Under the pieces are notes generated by a model. That model saw only the letters and a program-made list of their open reading frames with translations. It did not search any database and was not told where the DNA came from. Source: Squalus acanthias (taxonomy: Eukaryota). From it: a DNA stretch of 64,000 bases. Where the stretch lies: assembly GCA_030390025.1 (NCBI GenBank), contig CM059432.1, forward strand, positions 116,376,001-116,440,000. Direction: 5' to 3'. The position numbers were made by a program, and so were the translations under genes. Within the stretch, counting starts at the first letter, position 1; each line of letters begins with the position of its first letter. Of this stretch, positions 47,696 through 58,530 are shown one piece after another.

Positions 47696-49024
47696 AAACA
47701 TTGTAAATTTGAAGTGTAAAGAGACACCAGTAATTTCCGTGGGGGTCTCCCGATGATACAGCGAGAGATCGGACAAACCCCACGTAAATCCTACCCCAGA
47801 AAATGCTGGAAATACAAAGCACATCAGTCTGCATCCGTAAAGAAAAAACACAGGTTATGACCTTTTGTTAAAGGAGTAATACAACATCAGAAACCCAAAA
47901 ATGGTATTCGGTTAATTCGATTTTTTTTTAAGAAAGAAAGACTGCTTTAATTAGAACCTATTGAGGAGCAAGCATTAAACTTTACAATGTGCTGCTGATG
48001 TTATATTCCCTCAGTGTCAACTTGTTTTATTTTCTTTTAATATTTTTCCATTGCTCCGCCAGCTTTAATCCATTCCAAGTAACTAATAAAATTGAAAACA
48101 TCTGAATCATTTAAAAACTTAGCATAACAGCCATCCAAAAGGGATGTGAAACTGCCTGCTTCATTCACAGTGGCTTTTCTTTATTTATAGCCCAATTTAC
48201 CGAGCTTCGAGTACTGCAATATCAGTTTTTGTTGCATTATTCCTTTAACAAAATATATCTGAAGTATAGGTTGTACTAAGTGTTTGTGGACTGTTTTGTA
48301 AATGCCACTTTACCTCCTTACAGTTTCAGAAGCTCCAACAGCATCAGAGCAAGTTTAAAAAGAAACTGGGATGCTTAAGTATCAACGTTCCAGTATTTCT
48401 GCTAAAGTTGCAACCACCCCATAAACAGCCACATGCACAAACATCAGAGTCTGGGCTGAAGAATTTCGAAGCTGCTTAATTTTCCCCCTGCAGCTTCTTT
48501 TTTTTCTGCCATGACAGAAAATGTTGTACAAAGCTGATCCAGCAGTGTTGCCAATGTTAAGGAGTATAGGTTTCAGTCAGGAATGATTATTATCCTCAGC
48601 GACCTTGGCTGAATGCAACAACTGATATTAAAGACACAGGCCGGGAAATTGGACCCGTTTGCGCAGGCCGTTAAGGCAGGTGTGGAAGAAAAAATGGTGG
48701 CCGCCTTGATTCCGCCCGCTTCCGGCGGGTTCCACGGCGGCCACCATTTTGGGCAGGTTGGCAACGCGGCCATTGCCTGCGCTCGCTGCAGAAATGAAAG
48801 TGAGGCAGATCGTGACGTCAATGAGTGTGCAACGCTGATTTGACACACGATCTGCCATTTTGGATGTTGCAGCTCTTTTTAACACTCCCTCCAAATCACG
48901 ACGAGCTGAACGTGCATTCACCAGCAGGAAGGACCCCCCACCAGTGCTATTTAAAGGGATCAGTAACAACTTGTAATTGACTAGCTTTTTGATTTCTACT
49001 GGCTCGGTCTAAGTTTGTGCAACT

Positions 49025-49803
49025 TGTAAGAAATAGCTGTTAGATTCTAAGATGGGTTTTAATTCTTAGAACAGAGACTGACAACATGCAGCCGGGAACA
49101 GATAGCAGAAATGCCAGCAAGGTCGAATATCAAGCATCAAAAGGCAAATAGAAGTGATAAGGGAATCGTAAAATGCAAAACAACACAGGGTGGTGGGATA
49201 ATAGACAAAAATGGAGCCGAAAAGTCATAAAATGTCCTCAAAGAAACATAACAAAACATTCCTCAGAAAGATAAGAGGGAGGCCTTGTCAGTCATGCAGA
49301 AAGGGACGGCGAGGGATGCCTTCCCGCTTCACAATTGGACAATAGGATGGGGGATCAAATGATTGACACCAGGTGATTACCAGCCCACCGAAATAACTAT
49401 AAATATAGACGACCGAGAGAGGAAATCAGGCAGTTAGGGGCGAAGGCTTCCCCGAGGTGGCTACGGCCTAACACCTTGGTCAAGTTTAGCCTCTGAGGTG
49501 GCTGACGGCCTAACACCTCCAACAGCTCGAGAGATGACCCAACGGAAGTGACCGCTGCAGCAGACTGCAGGAATCCACCCAATCCGAGACCACCGTACTG
49601 CCTCCCCGTCCGTCCGGTCGTGGCATTCCGATTCGGGAGTCGTAGATTGCTCTCTACTGTCACGAGTTGTATGTCTATTATACTCAGCTTAAACCATATG
49701 TAATATCTGATTATGCTTTAAAACTGTAGCTCTTTAATAAAAGCTTTGCAACTGCTAAAACCCTTTGGGTAATCTGTGTGTGGCCTGTGATCCTAATCTT
49801 ACA
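49025..49803 (+). mobile_element. Solo LTR (779 bp), ERV or Gypsy type
   Basis: TGTAAGA...TCTTACA termini; 4-bp TSD AACT (49021-49024, 49804-49807); TATAAATA at 49398; AATAAA at 49736; the empty site is seen in the opposite arm. Confidence 0.92.
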
Positions 49804-49919
49804 AACTGTTTGGAGCTTTCTACAGTTATTTAAAGTTGGTGAGGTGACAGAGAGTGTTGTTGCAAGTGGAGAATGCCTTGCTTCTCAATTAAAAGCTTGT
49901 GCTCACACCACTCGCTCAC

Positions 49920-50779
49920 AGTCATGGTGGCTCTACTTGCAGTTGCGCTCGAGTATCTACGGGAGAGGGAGCGGAGGCAGCAAAGAAGAGGACAAGATGT
50001 TCACGAGGGAGGAGGAGGAGGGGCAGGAGGGCTCTCAGCAGGAGGCTGAACCAGGTCTTCCAAGAGCACTTCTCCTACCTGCACTTAAGCCAGGAGTAGC
50101 GGATTAGGAGGCTTCGCTTCACCAAGGAGGTGGTCACAAAACACTGCCACCTCCTGCAACCAGACCTGCAGCCTCAGAGTAGGGTGACCACGGCTCTCCC
50201 AGCAGCCCTCAAGGTCATCGTGGCCCTCAATTTTTTTGCCACCGGATCCTTCCAGCCTGGAGTAGGAGATATCCCAGTTCACCATCCATCGCCGCATCCG
50301 GGAGGTCACAGAGGCTCTGTACTCCAGGAGGAGGGACTTTATTGTCTTCTCTCTGAATAGAGAGAAGCAGGAGGAGCGCACATGTGGCATTGCCAGGATA
50401 TTGGACTTCCCCATGGTGCAGGGCGCCATCGACTGCACACACATGGCTTTGCGGGTACCACATACCAATTCTGAGATGTTTCATAACTGCAAAGGCTACC
50501 ACTCACTTAATGTGCAGTTGTTGTGCGACTACGCCCAGTGTATCATGATGATGAATGCCCAGTATCCTGGTAGCAGTCATGGTGCTTTCATCCTGTGCCA
50601 GTCCGGTGTGCCAGCAATCTTCCAGCCGCCGCATCAAACCCAAGGGTGGCTGCTTGGAAAACAAGGTCAATCTGCTCTGCATCTGGTTGATGACTCCCCT
50701 CCACAACACTACCACTCGTGGCCAGCACCCATATAATAAGAGCCAGGCTGCCACGAGGAACCTCATCGAGCAGACCATC
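49920..50779 (+). pseudogene. Harbinger transposase pseudogene (left arm), cut off after RNLIEQTI
   Basis: LKVIVALNFFATGSFQ, FPMVQGAIDCTH, YPGSSH in broken frames. Confidence 0.88.
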
Positions 50780-51609
50780 GCCCATCCAATCCTTCTGCAC
50801 AGAACTCAGATGATGACCTCAATGGGGCAGTCTTCAGAAGAAGGATGATGGGCATGCACACAGAAATGCTTGGTGCAATGGCAAGCCTGCCAGAGAGCCT
50901 CTTGTCAGTGTCAAGGAGCATGGAGGAGTCCGGCTCCAATATTGCACAGGGCTTTTCATGGAGCGAGGAGCCTGTGATTTCCAGGATGGAAATGATGGGC
51001 AACTCCATTAGAGAACTTGTGGAGAAAACCATGATGCTGCGTGTGATGGGCAATGTTGCAGCTTCCATTGCAGCACTGACAGAAGTGACCCATAGGGGGC
51101 GATTTTCTGACTTCCGAGGAGGAGGGTTTGGAGGCGGGAAAATCAGAAACAATGAGGGCGGGTTCGGAGCCCGCCTCCAACCAGCCTCCGTGGGATTTTG
51201 CCGGTGCCGGTTTTCAAGGGCGGGAAATGGTCCCACCTCCAGCTGGTCATAGTGCTTGTTAAGAAGATTAAATGCTCGTTAAGGGCTTCTCTAAGCCTAT
51301 TTTGAGAGGGCCTCGTGATTTTTCAAGCATTTCGGCGTGTTCCATGACCCTCCTAAGCCATGCCAGCTAATCTTGGTGGGATGACTAGTGGGTGGTCTCC
51401 TCACAGCTGCAGGTCCAACATTAAATCGTTTATTTCATCAGGGATTAGTTGCAGGTGCCAGAACTTTGCTTTAAAAGGTCTTTGAGCACTTTTAGGCCTT
51501 CCGAAGTCGGAGGTGCTGCAGCTTGAATCTATCAACTGTGGGACCTCCTTGGAAGACCCTCTCCCTGCTTGCAATGAGCGCTTCCCCAACGGAGGCATCT
51601 GCAAGCAGC

Positions 51610-53000
51610 ATGGGAACCATTCGTTTTCTTTCTCCATGGACCTCAGATTCGGATGAGGAGCATCCACGGCAGCAGCAGAACCAGGCAGCTCAGGAGCAAC
51701 AGCAGCAGGAGCCCCAACCTCCTGCTCAGGCAGCTCAGCAGCAACAGCAGCAGGGGCCTCAACCTCCTGCTCAGGCAGCTCAGCAGCAACAGCAGCAGGA
51801 GCCCCAACCTCCTGCTCAGGCAGCTCAGCAGCAACAGCAGCAGGAGCCCCAACCTCCTGCTCAGCCACCTGATGCTGCACAGGGCAGAAGATGCCAGCGC
51901 ATCGAGGCACCTCGCCGCAGGAGATACCCCCAATAGAGGGTTTACAGACAGAGGATGAGCTACCTCAACATGAGTGAGCAGCAGTGCCAAAGTAGGCTGA
52001 GACTTTCGCGAGAGGTTGTCCGAGAGATCTGTGGACTGCTGCAGCAAGACCTGGTGCCCAGAGGAACGGGTGGACACCTCTTACCAGTGGCTGTCAAAGT
52101 CACCACCGCTCTCAACTTCTTTGCCTCAGGCTCCTTCCAGGGATCATCAGCAGACATCAGCAGCATCTTTCAGTTGGCCGCCCACAGTTGCATCACGCAG
52201 GTTACCGATGCCCGTTTTGCTAAGGCCCACAATTACATCCAGTTCTCAAGGGATCAAGCAAGTATAACCGCCCGTTCGGTTGGCTTTGCAAATATGGCAG
52301 GCATGCCAATGGTGCAGGGCATCATAGACTGCACACATGTGGCCTTTAGGGCACCCCATCACAACCCAGCTATCTTTGTCAACCGAAAGGGCTTCCACTC
52401 CCTCAACGTACAGCTGGTGTGTAACCACAAGAAGGAGTTTTTGCATGTTTGCGCCAAGTTCTGTGGTAGTTGCCATGACTCTTTCATCCTGCGGCACTCT
52501 AGTGTTCCTCCGCTTTTCAATCCGCCAAACCAACTTAATGGATGGCTCCTTGGTGACAAAGGCTACCCCCTGAAGAAGTGGCTAATGATGCCGATCAGGA
52601 GGCCAGCTAACGAGGCTGAAGAGCGCTACAACGCCAGCCACACATCGACCAGGTCCAACATCGAGCAAACCATTGGGTTGTTGAAGATGCGCTTCCGTTG
52701 CTTTGACCGATCAGGTGGAGCCTTGCAGTAAACACCATACAGGGTCTCCAGAATGGTCGTGGTCTGCTGTGCACTGCACAACATCGCACAGCGTCGTGGC
52801 TTGCAGCTTCTGATGAGCAAGTGGCTCAGTTCCAGCCCTCCTCAGATGAGGCTGAGGAGGAGGAGGAGCTGGAGGAGGAGGGAGAGGAGGAGCAGGAGGA
52901 GGTCAGAGCGCCGATGTATCGACCAGCAGCAGCGGCAGCATGCGAGCACATGGCTGCCCGGGATGCAAGGGATGAACTTATCCTGGCCAGATTTGCATAG
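51610..53000 (+). pseudogene. Harbinger transposase pseudogene (frameshift at about 51935, stop at 52729)
   Basis: [50 protein letters not shown]. Confidence 0.9.
51682..51861 (+). repeat. 45-bp coding tandem repeat x4 (QAAQQQQQQEPQPPA)
   Basis: Four consecutive units starting at 51682, 51727, 51772, 51817. Confidence 0.93.
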
Positions 53001-54324
53001 GTTGCCCAAGTTGGCACATGTCCTTGGCTCCATCCTAAGACATCATTGACAATGGACATGACTCTCTGGCCTCCTTTCACTCAGGCCACGAACCTGACAA
53101 CGCAAGTGTGGCGGAATCCGCAATGTGGAGCTGCCTAAGGCGAAAGAACAGATGCCATAACGTCAACATTTTGGCTTCAAATAATTTTAATGCTTTCCAA
53201 CAGGGATGGCATTTCATCAATACACAGAAACCTTCACCCAATCTCCACACAGATCTGGAGGTTATATCCCTTGCCAGCTGTACCCACACAGCCTTGGTTT
53301 CTTTGGGAGGCCTCTTCCTCCCAGATGAGTGGAAGAGCACCTCCCTGCTAGCTCTCACGCCTCAAACAACATTTGCAGCACCTCATCCGAGAGCCTCGGG
53401 GAGGTCCTTGCCTTAGAATTGGACATAGTGGTTTCTCAGAATATGTTGTAGGTGGTGCAAATCCTGTGGAATGAGCCAAGGCAGCAAGAAGCCATAAATT
53501 CAGACTGGAAAAATTATGACAGCAGAGGCGAGTTTCAGTCCCAAAACACTAATTGACACCTCTGAAATCAAGTGGCCAATCATGGGAAAATCGCAATTTT
53601 TTGAAAACTATCAGTGGAGGCGGGTTTCAAACCCACCTAAACTGAAACCCGCCTCCATCTCGCCTCCAGTGAGAAAATCGTCCCCAATGTCTCAGACTGC
53701 TGCCATCATGGCTGTGGCTACCAGTGTTGAAAGGGGCTTGCAGGGTCTCACAGCAGTCCAGCAATCTGTGCTCAAACAGATGGCTAGGAATAATGAGGCG
53801 CCGTCCCGGAGGAGTGGCAGACGCTCTGTGGAGCACGAACCTGCTGTCCTCTCTCTGGATGACAGCATTTGTACTTCCACTCCTGCCACTCCGCCAGTGC
53901 CCTTGCTGTTGCCTGTCAGCCAGCCAGCCCAGTCTGCTGCTGCCCATGGCAAGGTGGTGCAGTCTACAGCCGGGCCTTTTAGGCCCGGAGCTGCTCGAGG
54001 TCATCCTGCACGGCCATCTGCAGTCTCACCCATGGAAAGTCAGCATCTTTCCACCAGCCATGCTGCAGCCACTGGGGGAGCACTTTGTAGGAGCACTAGA
54101 ATAGGCAAATGAGCACAAAAGACAGACACTAAGGGAATACACGAGGGTGGTTAGTTGATGTTGTTGTGTAGTATTGGAATTGATAAATTTATAAATTATG
54201 TTTGGAACGTTTGTTTTGTGGTGGCTCTCATTTCAGCTTTGTGCCCAAGAGGACGCTGGGATGTTCTGTGACAGAGGGATGGTAAGGTGGAGAAGTGGTG
54301 AGCAATGGGAATCAGGGGTTTCAT

Positions 54325-55390
54325 TCAGGGGAACCGGAGTCTGAAGAGGCGCTTACGAACAGCCCGTCTGGAACGGGGATCTGCTGCCTGCTTCCTCTTC
54401 CTCCTATTCCTCCTCCTCCTCCTTGTCCCGGAACCTATGGTGGCAAGGGCTGCGCCCTCATGATGGCCAAGTTGTGGAGGATGCAGCAGACCACCACGAA
54501 ATGGGGCCCCCACTCTGGCATGTACTGGAGGCTCCTCCAGAGCGGTCAAGTAAGCAGAATCGTTGCTTCAGATGGTCTGCTCGATGAGGTTCCTCGTGGC
54601 AGCATGGCTCTCATTATACAACTGGCCACGAGTGGTGGGGGTTGCAGAGGGGAGTCATCAGCCAGGTGTAGAGTGGATAGCCCCTGTCTCTGAGCAGCCA
54701 TGCTCAGGTTTGACGTGGTGGCTGAATGATTGCTGGCCCACCAGACTGGCGCAGGATGAAGGCATCATGACTGCTGCCAGGACACCAGGCATTCACCATC
54801 ATGATGTGCTGGGCGTGGTCGCACACCAAATGCACATTAAGTGAGTGGTAGCCTTTGGGGTTGCGGTACATCTCAGGATTTATATGCAGTGCCCACAAAG
54901 CCACGTGTGTGCAGTCGATGATGCCCTGCACCATGGGGAAGCCCACTATTCTGGCAAAGCCATATGCGCGCTCCTCCTGTTTCTCTCTGTCCAGAGAAGA
55001 GACAATAAAGTCCCTTCTCCTGGAGTACAGAGCCTCTGTGACCTCCCAGATGCAGTGATGGATGGCGAAATGGGAGATGTTTGCTCTGTCTCCTGCAGCA
55101 GACTGGAAGGATCAGTGGCAAAAAAATTGAGGGCCACGGTGACCGTGAGGGCTGCTGGGAGAGCTGTTGTTTCCCTGCTCTGAGGCAGCAGGTCTGATTC
55201 CAAGAGGTGGTAGAGTTCTGTGACCACCTCCTTGGTGAAGCAGAGCCTCCTAATACACTGCTCCTGGCTTAAGTGCAGGTAGAAAAAGTGCTCCCTGAAG
55301 ACCCTATGGGGGGTCAAGCCTCCTGCTGCATCTTGTCCTCTTCTTCGCTGCCTCTGCTCCATCTCTCTGTCATACTCAAGTGTGAGGGGA
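54325..55390 (-). pseudogene. Harbinger transposase pseudogene (right arm)
   Basis: [64 protein letters not shown]; multiple frameshifts. Confidence 0.9.
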
Positions 55391-56053
55391 AATTCAAGAA
55401 AGCTCCAAACAGTTTCACAAACTTACACAGAGCCAGTATAAATCAAAAAGGAAGTCAGCTGCAAGTTGTTGATGATCCCTTTGGTGGGAGGTCCTTCCTG
55501 CTGCTGAACGCACGTTCAGCTGGTCGTGATTTGGAGAGGGCGTTGAATGGAGCGGCGCGTCGAAAATGGCAGGTCGTGCATCAAATCAGCGTTGCACACT
55601 CATTGACGTCAACGATCTGCCTTGTTATCATTTCTCCAGCGGGCGCAGGCAACGGCCGCACTGCCGACCTGCCCAAAATGGCGGCCGCCGTGGAAACCGC
55701 CGGAAGTGGGCGGAAGCGCTGCGGCCGTCATTTTTCTTGTAAACCGGCCTGATCAGCCGGCGCTAAGCTGCCAACTTTCACGGCCTCTGTTTGCTGTTTT
55801 ATTATTCATAAACACTAAGCTCAGAATGTAAGTAAGCTGCTATTCAGCATTAACTGGGTTGAAGCACAGCTGGTGTTGGCGTCAGAAAATGAAAGCAAAT
55901 TGGAAGCACCACGTTAGCCTAGACACCATAATAAGGGGTGGTTTATATTTATAGGATGCAAGGGAGTTATACTGCATAATTAATCTCTGTAACATTTATC
56001 AATAGCAAAATTAAATAGTTATAGATACATTAAAGGAGAAAGAGCAGGGGAAT

Positions 56054-56139
56054 ACCACCTTCTCAAGGGCAATTCGGGATGGGCAATAAATACTGGCCTT
56101 GCCAGCGATGCCCACATCCCAGGAACGAATTTTTAAAAA
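56054..56139 (+). mobile_element. Short CR1-clade LINE/SINE tail fragment
   Basis: accaccttctcaagggcaattcgggatgggcaataaa. Confidence 0.8.
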
Positions 56140-57218
56140 TAGGATTAGGGAAGACAGCTCTGCCAGCACAGTGGGATGAATGATCTTCATAGTGAAATTT
56201 CTTTAATTCTGTACATAGACCTGTCCTTATAAGTCATTTGACTATTGAAATCAGTAATAATTCTTTGTTTTCCTTTTTGGAATATGCTGTTAGCCATATG
56301 ATATTGACACGCTGCTCTCATTTGATCAATGAAAGTCCAATCACACAACATATCACAGTATATGCCACACATCATGACCTTGTTACATAAAGCATATTCC
56401 ATTTTTTGTGGGTGTGCTTTGTCCAGACAATTGGATAAACTGGACAGAAACAATTTTTCCCAAAGAAAATTTATTAAGAATAATGTATTTTCATTGGATA
56501 CTGGGGAAAGTGATATTGGTTTTCATGAATATTTTGTTACTTAAATTGTTTGTAGTTGTAGGAAAATTAGCTACGATTTCACGGTACCTTTCACAATTTC
56601 ACTGAATCATTTTGTTCTTCATTAAAGTAATGAAACTGCAAGTCTGGAGTCTGAGCTCTTAATCCCAGTCTATAACCATTAGCCTGTAGTTGGCGCCCTC
56701 ACAGTTTATGACTAATTATCCTACATCAAAATTTATTCAGCTGATCGATTAAAAACGGGACAGATTTTACATGTATTTTTAAAAGTTCATGATCATTGAC
56801 AATCTGGACCTTGTTAAATGGGACCAATCACGTTAGCATCAATCAATCCATTATAAGGGATGTGGGCCAAATAACTGCCGCTATTTCCCCATCCAGGATT
56901 TGCAGCGATGAATACCATGAATATTCAGCGAGTTTTCTGATTGTATAGCCCAGAATTTGAGTGATTGGAATCATAAGTGGAGTATTTGTAATATTCGGCA
57001 CCTTTCTGAAGTATGTTTTATTTTTAAGATGAATACCACAGCCCTTTTGGGGCTCATAACAATAAAATAGTGCACTGGCAGCACATTACTCACCTCAATA
57101 GAGGTGGAGTGATACCCCATGATCTGCGGTAGTCCTATGGGCATGTGTTTTGAAAGATTGGCCTAAAATAGCTATACCATTATTAGCATACAAATGCATG
57201 CTAACATTCATACACTTA

Positions 57219-58042
57219 GGGCTGGATTTTGATACTGGGGACGTGATGGAGGCGGGACTCCCACTTTTTGGGTTGTAGTCCCGCCTCCATCGACTTGTGG
57301 CCAACCCACTGTATTTTCACTTGATTGACCTTGTTGAGCCCGCCCAGCGAGCTCAGCAGGCCAATTAAGGGCCACCCGGCAACAGGTGACGTCACAGATT
57401 GACATTTCATCTGTCAAGAGCTTTTGACAGATGAAATATCAGCGTTTGACAGCTCTGTGAAGCTGTCAAACACTGACAATCTGTCTTCTAACTTGAGTCT
57501 TCCTCTCAGGCTGAGTTAGAAATCATTCCAGCACAGAAAGCAGAAGGCTGCAGTTTTTGACAGCACACGGCATTGTGATTTCTGACTCCCGAGACCTGAA
57601 GGGCTGACACCTGCAGGAGGAAGTTAAGGTAAGTAAAACTTTTTTCCACACTTTACACTTACCTTACACACTTACCTCTGCACATATGCACTCATCACTC
57701 ACCTGCCCACCGGACATATCGACCCCTCCAACCCCTGCAGACCCACGGTCCGCCTCGCTAACTTGGCGTGGTTGGGACCTGTCGGGAAGCCCACATTTCA
57801 GCTTTTAAAATAGGGATTAGGCAAAAAACTGCCTGTTAACTACCTGTTAACAGGCAGTTTATTGCCACTAATCCCCTTCCCGCCTCAGGGAGGCGGGTCA
57901 CAGCACAGGTCGGGTACCCGCCTCCAGCGAAACTGGCATGGAGGCGGGTTGGGGCGGGATGGGTTCGGGACCCCCGAATCTGCAACTTTAACCCCCCACA
58001 CGCCTCGAAACCCGCCTCCATGGGTCAATGAAAATCCAGCCC
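57219..58042. mobile_element. Non-autonomous Harbinger (824 bp)
   Basis: Perfect 12-bp TIR GGGCTGGATTTT; canonical TTA TSD (57216-57218, 58043-58045). Confidence 0.93.
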
Positions 58043-58530
58043 TTAATTTCAAGGCCTTGATGTTCTTGTTCTATCATGAATTGTGCTGCACAGTATCATA
58101 GATTTAATGCATTTGCGTCAGGAACATGCAGTAAACAAATAAAACAAAAGTAATACATTTAGGCTTCAGCAGTCAAATGATTTAATACTGTTAGACCCCA
58201 AAAATTAGTTTCTTCACTTGTACAGTTGTAGGGCAGATTGGAATACATTCAAGGAATGCATTTTACCAGCAAAGTGGAACAACATATTTCTTTGACCTTT
58301 TAGAAACATCACGCAGTATTTTCAGCATCTAACTAGAGAAAGAGCAGATCAAAAAACATACACCCGTCTTTGTCTGAATTATCTGAACCGATTTCTGAAT
58401 TGCAGGTCAGACGCAACAAAGGCAAATCCAGCTTCCAATTTAGCAACCAAGTTTTGATGGAACACCATGGGCTGGATTTTGACATCTTTTGTCATACCCA
58501 TTCACTTTAAGGGACCTTCAAATAATCAGA

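Larger units (their letters stand above)
51095..53685 (+). mobile_element. Nested Harbinger deletion derivative
   Basis: TIRs GGGGGCGATTTTCTGACT / GGGGACGATTTTCTCACT; transposase plus a short Myb N-terminal remnant (about 53230-53430, -; GRKRPPKETKAVW); TSD not cleanly resolved. Confidence 0.88.
50780..54112 (+). pseudogene. C-terminal part of a Harbinger Myb-partner gene, split (50780-51094 and 53686-54112) by a nested Harbinger
   Basis: MHTEMLGAMASLPE and QQSVL..AVLSLDDSI..QSTAGP..STSHAAAT align with the 24140..25126 protein. Confidence 0.82.
48639..55785. mobile_element. Composite Harbinger structure with inverted transposase arms at both ends
   Basis: Termini GGCCGGGAAATTGG / GGCCGTGAAAGTTGG; 48639-50779 (minus the LTR) is the inverted homologue of about 54570-55785. 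Confidence 0.85.

Noticed and set aside
50555..51252. In-frame transposase-Myb fusion protein at the 50779 junction
   Set aside because: The transposase frame runs AHPILLHRTQ...EEG to a stop at 50848, a different frame from the Myb remnant, and the upstream transposase is already broken
58440..58530. Sequence-specific Tx1 target (snRNA, tRNA or microsatellite)
   Set aside because: No recognisable target at the 3' flank, which abuts a lone MITE terminus; the 5' flank is outside the window
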